From a virus (Duplodnaviria > Heunggongvirae > Uroviricota > Caudoviricetes): a stretch of DNA of 64,000 bases. Position 1 is the stretch's first letter, and each line of letters starts with the position of its first letter. The translations under genes and the position numbers were made by a program. Where the stretch lies: the IMG/VR virus record IMGVR_UViG_3300008085_000025, positions 46,839 to 110,838 of that record, one strand, 5' to 3'. Shown piece after piece: positions 57,716 to 64,000 of the stretch. The notes under the pieces were generated by a model that did not search any database, had not been told where the DNA came from, and was given only the letters and a program-made list of their open reading frames with translations.

Positions 57716-58277
57716 CCAACTCAAGTTTGTACAAAGCGTGAATCAATCCCATCCGCAGAAAAAAACAAAGTTTCCACGAGAGATAGACTGGCAGGAAGAC
57801 ATCTTTACTAGGTTTCATGACTCCTTCTACAAGAGGGAGTATGAGATCAATCAAGCTGAAGCCTCTAAGCTTGTTCGCTCTATCTCTCAAAAGTGTGGGG
57901 TTAGAGTCGAACAGTTATACCCAGAAGCACGGTCTGCCATGAGTTATTCTTGGGGAAAGACGTTGGGACCCAGACATGGATTGATCTGGGTGGAACATAA
58001 CATGATGTATCCGTCATACGTCTTCCACGAGTTGGCTCATGTCGTGGTAGAATGTTTTATTGACTATGACCTAAAGGGCAAGAGTAAGATTCGAGAAGAG
58101 GGACACGGCATTTTGTTCGCTTCTACAGTATACAACTGGCTGTCAGAATACTATGCAGATGATGAAGCTGCACTATCCAGTCTCGATTATTGGTTCAAGC
58201 CCCCCAGAATTCACATGATTACAGAAGAAAATTTCCAACAATTCCAACGACTATTCAAAAACCGTTCACTTCTATAA
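57702..58277 (+). CDS. Putative zinc metallopeptidase (HExxH)
   Basis: YVFHELAHVVVE contains a canonical HExxH embedded in a hydrophobic helix. Confidence 0.5.
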   Translation: MQWIDQLKFVQSVNQSHPQKKTKFPREIDWQEDIFTRFHDSFYKREYEINQAEASKLVRSISQKCGVRVEQLYPEARSAMSYSWGKTLGPRHGLIWVEHNMMYPSYVFHELAHVVVECFIDYDLKGKSKIREEGHGILFASTVYNWLSEYYADDEAALSSLDYWFKPPRIHMITEENFQQFQRLFKNRSLL

Positions 58278-58278
58278 T

Positions 58279-58307
58279 TTGACATATCGATTTTTTCATG
58301 GTAGTAT
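58279..58307 (+). promoter_or_regulatory. sigma70-type early promoter TTGACA-N17-TAGTAT
   Basis: Consensus boxes. Confidence 0.55.
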
Positions 58308-58338
58308 GCTCTTATAGAATTCACTCACAGGAACTAAA

Positions 58339-58581
58339 ATGGAAAACAGCAGCGTGTCCTACACTTTGACCTCAATCCTCATCACTGTATTCATGTTGCC
58401 GGTGGATATTGTTATTGCTATCTTTGGTGATGACCCGGATACTTTTCGGTTCTACATTGGAATTCTTTTCGTCTTTGCATACTGCGTTCTCATTGGCATT
58501 TTGGGCACCATCGCGGTAGTTTTTGTCATTCTTTCGGGGTTTCACATGCTGGGAATGATCTTGTTCGAGTGGTTCCCGTGA
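58339..58581 (+). CDS. small membrane protein
   Basis: Two hydrophobic helices. Confidence 0.4.
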   Translation: MENSSVSYTLTSILITVFMLPVDIVIAIFGDDPDTFRFYIGILFVFAYCVLIGILGTIAVVFVILSGFHMLGMILFEWFP

Positions 58582-59213
58582 TGAGAATGTTGGGAGAAAT
58601 CCCAGAACGGGTCAATGTGGCGGTTTCTGGTGGGGTAGATTCTATGGTCCTTCTTGACTTTTTAATCAACGGTCGTAGGAAGATCAATGTGTTGCACTAT
58701 CATCATGGGACGGAACACGCCGACGACGCTTTTTCTTTCGTCAAAAATGTTTCTGAATCCTTGGGCGTGGGGTTTATTTCTGATGAACTTCGTGATCCCG
58801 TTCCCGAAAAGAGGTCCAAAGAAGATTTCTGGCGTGAACGTCGATATTCATTTTTCGACAGGGCAGAAAAACACGGATATCCGGAACCTATTTTACTGGC
58901 GCATCATCTTGATGATGTTTTAGAAACTTGGCTGTTTTCCAGTTTTCACGGAACACCTAAGATCGTTCCGTACATGCGGGGAAATTGTTTTCGGCCTATG
59001 TTGATGGCTAAGAAAGAAGAAATTTTGGAATGGGCAGAGCGTAATTCTGTTCCTTATATCAATGATCCTTCAAACGAGAATACTGGATTCATGCGAAACA
59101 AGATTCGTCATGAGCTTGTCCCCAAGGTTCTCGAAGTCAATCCGGGAATTCATAAAGTTCTTGCAAAGAAGGTACAAGAGCAGTATAATTCACTGATACA
59201 GTTAAGTGGTTGA
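58569..59213 (+). CDS. tilS: PP-loop ATP pyrophosphatase, TilS-like (tRNA(Ile)-lysidine synthetase catalytic domain)
   Basis: VAVSGGVDSMVLLDFL (SGGxDS PP-loop) and HHLDDVLETWLF (cf. TilS HHLDDQAETFL); short single-domain form. Confidence 0.65.
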   Translation: MVPVMRMLGEIPERVNVAVSGGVDSMVLLDFLINGRRKINVLHYHHGTEHADDAFSFVKNVSESLGVGFISDELRDPVPEKRSKEDFWRERRYSFFDRAEKHGYPEPILLAHHLDDVLETWLFSSFHGTPKIVPYMRGNCFRPMLMAKKEEILEWAERNSVPYINDPSNENTGFMRNKIRHELVPKVLEVNPGIHKVLAKKVQEQYNSLIQLSG

Positions 59214-59272
59214 CAAGAATATAAAAGCGTGACACAATCAACCATACGATTAAACTAACAGGAGAACACACA

Positions 59273-59683
59273 ATGAACATTTCAAAGAACAGCCAAGTTT
59301 ATTCTTTTTTGCATCGGTATGGGGAGTTCTGGGAACCGGCCAACCCGTACTATATCAACAATCTTTGCCAACTATGGACTCGCCTAGCCATATTAACCTT
59401 CTGTCTAATTGCATTTGGGACATTGGCGGGAATGTTCGTCCTAGGAACAATTCAGTTGGTGGTGGTTTTATTTGGTGGCCCGTTTATTTTCTTTACGTTC
59501 GCTCTTTGGGCGTTAATTGTCTGGATAATTATTACAACAATGGCGGCATGTGTGGGGTTTGCGTACAGTATCCAACTTTGGGAAAAATCTACTAATTCGG
59601 AACCGGGAATCATCCGGGAAACTATTAGTGGTTGGAAGAATAAGTATTGTCCAACTGTAAATTGGGTTGATAGAAACAATTAA
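59273..59683 (+). CDS. membrane protein
   Basis: Three hydrophobic helices. Confidence 0.45.
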   Translation: MNISKNSQVYSFLHRYGEFWEPANPYYINNLCQLWTRLAILTFCLIAFGTLAGMFVLGTIQLVVVLFGGPFIFFTFALWALIVWIIITTMAACVGFAYSIQLWEKSTNSEPGIIRETISGWKNKYCPTVNWVDRNN

Positions 59684-59725
59684 AACGATTACTACTTTGT
59701 TCTTTGATGGAAGAACGTTAAGTAG

Positions 59726-59754
59726 TTGACAGGTTTTGATCTTGGTGGTAGTAT
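59726..59754 (+). promoter_or_regulatory. sigma70-type promoter TTGACA-N17-TAGTAT driving tRNA-Arg
   Basis: -10 ends 10 nt before the tRNA 5' end. Confidence 0.6.
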
Positions 59755-59764
59755 AAAAATAATA

Positions 59765-59840
59765 GCCCTTTTGGTGTAACTGGATAGCACAAGGGATTTC
59801 TACTCCCTTAGTATGGGTTCGAGTCCTGTAGAGGGTGCCA
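59765..59840 (+). tRNA. tRNA-Arg (UCU)
   Basis: Acceptor GCCCTTT/AGAGGGT, D-arm GTGT/GCAC, anticodon arm AGGGA-TTTCTAC-TCCCT, T-arm ATGGG-TTCGAGT-CCTGT, discriminator G, CCA encoded; 76 nt. Confidence 0.8.
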
Positions 59841-59897
59841 TTATTACAAACTCTCGACTAACATATAAATAAAAAGTATGTTAGTCGAGAGGGCTTC

Positions 59898-60533
59898 ATG
59901 AAGAAATTTATCGCACTTGAAAAGAGTACTAGGGTTTGGGAGGATAAACATTTGGGGTACATGGTGGTGTATGCTCCCTATCACCCGATGTCGAACAAAT
60001 CTGGAAAATTATATTATCACCGCTATGTTGTTGCAGAAAGCCTTCAAAGAAATCTACTACCAACAGAGGTAGTTCATCACAAAGACGGAAATAGGAAAAA
60101 TAACAGCCTCAATAATTTAGAAATAACAGATATTTCGGTGCATGCTAGAGGGCATATAGAAGAACGTGGCGTTACACTAAACGGATATGAACTTATGTCT
60201 GATAATGAAAAGCACTCAGTGTGTCAGATGTGTGGGAATAAATTTAAAAGAAATTCCAGAAAAAGAAAAAAATATTGTAGTAAAAGATGTGCCGCAGAAT
60301 CCTCAAGGAAAATAAGTATAAAGCCTGAAGTTTTGAAAGAACTTATTTGGTTGACATCCACCTCAAATCTTGCTAGTATTATGGGTATATCAGATTCAGC
60401 CATAGGTAAATATTGTAAAAAACACGGAATCATTAAACCTCCGGTTGGCTATTGGGCAAAGAACAAAGAATTGTCTCAAGATGAATCTGGAAGATTAAAA
60501 CTTTTACTAAGTCAAATTCAAGGAACAATGTAA
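59898..60533 (+). CDS. HNH homing endonuclease
   Basis: VVHHKDGNRKNNSLNNLEI HNH core; next to a tRNA gene. Confidence 0.75.
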   Translation: MKKFIALEKSTRVWEDKHLGYMVVYAPYHPMSNKSGKLYYHRYVVAESLQRNLLPTEVVHHKDGNRKNNSLNNLEITDISVHARGHIEERGVTLNGYELMSDNEKHSVCQMCGNKFKRNSRKRKKYCSKRCAAESSRKISIKPEVLKELIWLTSTSNLASIMGISDSAIGKYCKKHGIIKPPVGYWAKNKELSQDESGRLKLLLSQIQGTM

Positions 60534-60979
60534 TGTTTAATTTAAGCATCATCGACCAAATGAGAGATATCGTCCGGGAGATGGATGACATTTCTAATTT
60601 AGGATTGGATCTCGCAACATGGTTGCCAGAAAGTATCTATTCGCGTAGGGCTTTTGGTGATTGTGGTTGCTCTGATAAGGTTTTTCGTGATACCGCAGAC
60701 CTTCTAACGTCTGCTGTCAAACTGATTTCAGCCATTCACTATCAGCCAACTCTTTCCGATCTGGAACATTACAAGGGGACTGGTGAGGTTCCGGAACAGT
60801 TAAAAGTTCTTGATGTGGATAACTACAAGTGGGAATGGCATAATTCACACAGTCAATTCTTTACTCAGGATTCTATTATTCATGAGGATTACAAGCCCGA
60901 ATGGGACCATTTAGCCGAATCGTATCGAGAACTTTTCGCTCTCAAGATTAAACAGCTTGAAAGTCTGGAAAATTCCTGA
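60533..60979 (+). CDS. hypothetical protein
   Basis: 148-aa ORF. Confidence 0.4.
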   Translation: MFNLSIIDQMRDIVREMDDISNLGLDLATWLPESIYSRRAFGDCGCSDKVFRDTADLLTSAVKLISAIHYQPTLSDLEHYKGTGEVPEQLKVLDVDNYKWEWHNSHSQFFTQDSIIHEDYKPEWDHLAESYRELFALKIKQLESLENS

Positions 60980-61054
60980 TATACTGTAATCTCAAACCAA
61001 ACAGGAGTAATAAAAAATGAGCACAGGTTCTGTAGTATTTCTTCTTTATATATT

Positions 61055-61459
61055 TTGACGATGGTAGATAATTTTCGTTCTGTCGCAACGGGCGTGATTG
61101 CTGTGTCTGGGTTTTCGTTGCTTTCGTTGTTGCTTTTTAGTCTTATCTTTAGTGATCTTAAGGGCCGTACTTTCATGAAAACTTTGTGGGAAAAGGGTGC
61201 TCTGATCATTCTTTCATTTTTCTTGATTGGTGGCCTTATGGTAAAAACATTCGTACCAGACCGCGAAGGTGTCGTTATTATTGTTGCTGGTGCGCTTGGT
61301 TATGAAGGTGCGCTCAACATGGTTAACAGCGAACATGTACAGTCTGTTGGTAGCAAGAGTTTCGAACTATTGGAATCATGGTTGAATCAACAGATTGAAG
61401 AAATCAACACTGAGAAGGATGAACCCGAAATTAAAGGAGAAAACAATGGGAACCCCTAG
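61055..61459 (+). CDS. membrane protein
   Basis: Hydrophobic helices. Confidence 0.4.
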   Translation: MTMVDNFRSVATGVIAVSGFSLLSLLLFSLIFSDLKGRTFMKTLWEKGALIILSFFLIGGLMVKTFVPDREGVVIIVAGALGYEGALNMVNSEHVQSVGSKSFELLESWLNQQIEEINTEKDEPEIKGENNGNP

Positions 61460-61850
61460 TGTAATTCATTTCAAAGAACGTAGTGAATACCAAGTGCGCC
61501 ATATTGCCAGTGTCTATCAGCAGTATGATGGTTACCCCGATAGTGTGGGTGTGACTTTGGCAGAGTTTTTGTCTGGTATCAAAATCATCCATGGTATTGG
61601 TTCAGATGCTCGCCTCGGAACCCATGCGAACGGACCGGGCTGCTTGGTTGCCCAGTTCATCGCCCAGAATAAGGATCGTGTCGGAGGTTTGTATATGACT
61701 GACGAGGGCGACTCACAAGATTATGACTATACTGTATATTTTCGGGAACCAGACAATGCTCTCGTTGTGAAAGTCGAGGAAATCACTTGCAACAAGTGGA
61801 GTGGAACTCTTGCAGAATTTGTCGAATTCTGCAAGTCTGGGGATGATTGA
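61446..61850 (+). CDS. hypothetical protein
   Basis: ORF 61395..61850; start moved to ATG after AAAGGAGAAAAC RBS. Confidence 0.45.
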   Translation: MGTPSVIHFKERSEYQVRHIASVYQQYDGYPDSVGVTLAEFLSGIKIIHGIGSDARLGTHANGPGCLVAQFIAQNKDRVGGLYMTDEGDSQDYDYTVYFREPDNALVVKVEEITCNKWSGTLAEFVEFCKSGDD

Positions 61851-61884
61851 GCTTTGAAGATTTTCAACTTAAAGGAGAAAAACA

Positions 61885-62292
61885 ATGGCATACTGGCAAG
61901 GTACGGGTCGTAGTAATGTGTTCAAAGTCAAAGACCTAGATAAGTTTTTTGAAGATATGGGTTCTCTTGACATTGAATTGCATGTTGTTGACGAGGAAAC
62001 TAACGAAGTCAAGATTTTTTCTTCAGGAGACGGGAACTTTCCTGCCAATTACTTCGACGATGACTTGGGTGATTATGTAGATGTAGATATTCAAGATATT
62101 ATTCAGAAGCACTTGACAGATGACTCTTGCTGTGTGTTGATAGAGGTAGGTAATGAAAATTTTCGTTATCTTACTGGTTGGTCTTGCGCAATTACCAGTA
62201 AACAAATGGAGTTTATCAACCTAGATCAAATTTATCAGGTTGCGGCTAAGATGGCAGGTGGTTCACTTAAAGTGGGTCTAGCAGCGTATTAA
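61885..62292 (+). CDS. hypothetical acidic protein
   Basis: 135-aa ORF with AAAGGAGAAAAAC RBS. Confidence 0.45.
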   Translation: MAYWQGTGRSNVFKVKDLDKFFEDMGSLDIELHVVDEETNEVKIFSSGDGNFPANYFDDDLGDYVDVDIQDIIQKHLTDDSCCVLIEVGNENFRYLTGWSCAITSKQMEFINLDQIYQVAAKMAGGSLKVGLAAY

Positions 62293-62310
62293 TTGCTGAG
62301 TGATTCCTTC

Positions 62311-62338
62311 TTGACAAGGGTAATAAATAGGGTATAAT
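62311..62338 (+). promoter_or_regulatory. sigma70-type promoter TTGACA-N16-TATAAT
   Basis: Consensus boxes upstream of tRNA(CAU). Confidence 0.55.
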
Positions 62339-62458
62339 GATCTCATGTTGATGGTCTAAAGTAACATTGTCTCAAAGTCAAGACCGGCATACGGAAGAGT
62401 GTATGTTTTACTTTGAGAATAATTCAAAAACAGGATTTGGGGTGGGTGGATAAGATTT

Positions 62459-62535
62459 GGGACCGTAGCTCAATCGGTTAGAGCGTCCGACTCATAATCG
62501 GCAGGTTGGAGGTTCGAGTCCTCCCGGTCCCACCA
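62459..62535 (+). tRNA. tRNA with CAU anticodon (Met elongator-like or Ile2/lysidine)
   Basis: GGGACCG/CGGTCCC acceptor, GCTC-AATCGGTTA-GAGC D-arm, CTCATAA anticodon loop, GGAGG-TTCGAGT-CCTCC T-arm, ACCA; close to E. coli tRNA-Met(elong). Confidence 0.8.
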
Positions 62536-62546
62536 TTTCAAATACA

Positions 62547-62729
62547 TTGGAGAAGATTATGAAAATGTGTGTGACGACAGTAGATGAAATACTCAAGGAG
62601 TGGGGTATTTCAGAAGACAATATGAATTTTGACGATATTCATAACGCAATGATCGAAGCATTCAACAAAGGCGCAATTATTGCTTCAATGGATTCAGTCG
62701 TATTGCATGAAGCATTTGTTAACACATAG
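62547..62729 (+). CDS. small hypothetical protein
   Basis: 60-aa ORF with GGAGAAG RBS. Confidence 0.3.
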   Translation: MEKIMKMCVTTVDEILKEWGISEDNMNFDDIHNAMIEAFNKGAIIASMDSVVLHEAFVNT

Positions 62730-62816
62730 TAAAATTTTACCCCGCGTCACTATGCCCGTATTAGCCCACGGTCCGTAATGATCCACCGCAAGTGGTTGGA
62801 AATAGGGTAGAAGGAC

Positions 62817-62846
62817 TTGACGAACCTTCCGGGGTTAATGTATAAT
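62817..62846 (+). promoter_or_regulatory. sigma70-type promoter TTGACG-N18-TATAAT
   Basis: Near-consensus boxes. Confidence 0.45.
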
Positions 62847-62877
62847 TAGTATCAGGTAATGCGAAAGGAACAGACAC

Positions 62878-63177
62878 ATGGGCATACAAAATGAATCGGA
62901 CGGGTATGTCAACATTGAAGTTGAACTTGAGGACAAAGACGTTCTGACGCTGGCGAAAGAAGCAGACAGAAGGGGAATGACTTTAAATTCATTGATTTCC
63001 GAGATTTTGTTTAATGCTGCTCTCAAGGATACAATGGCTCAATATAACTCTGTTCTGAAAAACGTAAAACAAATTTTGTCAGAACAATCATACTCTGATC
63101 AGGAAAAAATTTCTTTGATTGGTGATATGATTGATAAGGAGAAGCCTTTTTTCGAGAATAATGAGGAACAAATATGA
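62878..63177 (+). CDS. hypothetical protein
   Basis: 99-aa ORF. Confidence 0.4.
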   Translation: MGIQNESDGYVNIEVELEDKDVLTLAKEADRRGMTLNSLISEILFNAALKDTMAQYNSVLKNVKQILSEQSYSDQEKISLIGDMIDKEKPFFENNEEQI

Positions 63178-63873
63178 ACAACGTGACATTCAAGAATACC
63201 CGTGAGATTACCAACAAATGGCCCGGAATGATTGTTCAGGGTGACAACGTTACTGAAGAACAGGCTGCGGAAATCCTTCTGCGTACCGATTCCAATCTTC
63301 CTAACTTTCGATGGAGTTGTAACGATCAAGAGTTTTCGGAACAAGTTCAGAGTCTGTTCCCCCCTTGTAAAAGAAAGTGATGATGGCATTTCATGGATCG
63401 AAGCATCCGAGAAGAATCGAGAAACCTACAAGGTTCTCGACCTCTACTATCTGACAAATGAACGTATCATGAGTTGTTGGATAGGCGGTCCGAATGGTTG
63501 GTGTGATTGGGATGGTACAATTGGTTGTAACAACAAGAACATCGGAAAATGGCCTGATGTAGAAGCTGTTGCCGCCGAGTGGGGACTGATCGCTGAAGCT
63601 TTTCCTTTCCTAAATCTCCGTTGCCAACTGTTTGACGGGGAGACCTGCGAAGAAGACGCCAAGCCGATCCTGTTGTTCACTGTAGCTAATGGTAGGGTAG
63701 TTGTTGAAGATTCGGTCAAACCTATTGGATCGTTTGTCGAATCTGACTTTCGCGGGTTCTTCTTTAAAGGAGCCGAACGGGGCATTACCATTCCAGAACT
63801 GAAGAAGAAAATCAAAATGGTTTATCAAGAAAACAAAGAAGACCCCTTCCTTCAGGGAGGGGACAAATTCTAA
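63174..63873 (+). CDS. hypothetical protein, reading frame changes at a C6 run (63359-63364)
   Basis: ORF 63174..63380 and ORF 63232..63873 overlap in different frames; removing one C from TTCCCCCCTTG fuses them into about 230 aa; no in-frame start codon exists for the downstream part. Confidence 0.45.
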
Positions 63874-64000
63874 AAATTTCACCACTTGGCATAAACACTA
63901 GATAGTGGTACAATATAAAATATTCAGTATCGAGAACCAAGTGCTGAATAATATTGTAAAAAAACATCTGCCTTAAAAGTGGTAGAAAAAAGAACCGTGG

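Overview
This 64-kb window reads as a contiguous stretch of a large T4-like (Tevenvirinae-type) phage genome with about 40% GC. This follows from unmistakable rIIA and rIIB genes, a T4 gp61-type primase, DHFR (frd), dCMP deaminase, PhoH, a glutaredoxin and many overlapping small early genes. Early genes carry TTGACA-N17-TATAAT promoters and several genes carry the T4 late motif TATAAATA.

The window is rich in accessory functions.
- NAD+ salvage: a NatV (NMNAT-Nudix) and NadV (NAMPT) pair is split by an HNH/NUMOD homing endonuclease.
- NAD+ consumers: an NAD+-dependent LigA-type DNA ligase is the clearest. An ADP-ribose-related set also sits here: a NADAR/YbiA protein, a macrodomain protein and a Tpt1/PARP-like H-Y-E ART-fold protein.
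- Translation-related genes: four tRNAs (Arg-UCU, Met/Ile-CAU, probable Val-UAC and an odd Thr-UGU-like), a class II CCA-adding enzyme, a TilS-like PP-loop enzyme and a phage-encoded tmRNA (ssrA) that looks circularly permuted (two-piece). The tmRNA tag ends ...ALAA and lies directly downstream of a ClpP-family protease gene.

Other observations are listed below.
- Two tandem, diverged paralogous genes of about 587 aa sit behind a late promoter.
- At least seven small leftward early genes share a D-C-L motif and form a paralogous family.
- A roughly 1-kb non-coding region packed with direct and inverted repeats lies at the divergent transcription switch.
- Three genes are broken exactly at homopolymer runs (A6, T4, C6). 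This suggests either homopolymer indel errors or slippage-prone sites.
- I hypothesise a dispersed RNA-repair-like parts list: a 2H phosphoesterase, a Pnk-like kinase and a Tpt1-like ART with NAD+ supply.

All functional calls rest on motif-level recognition by eye. No database searches were run.
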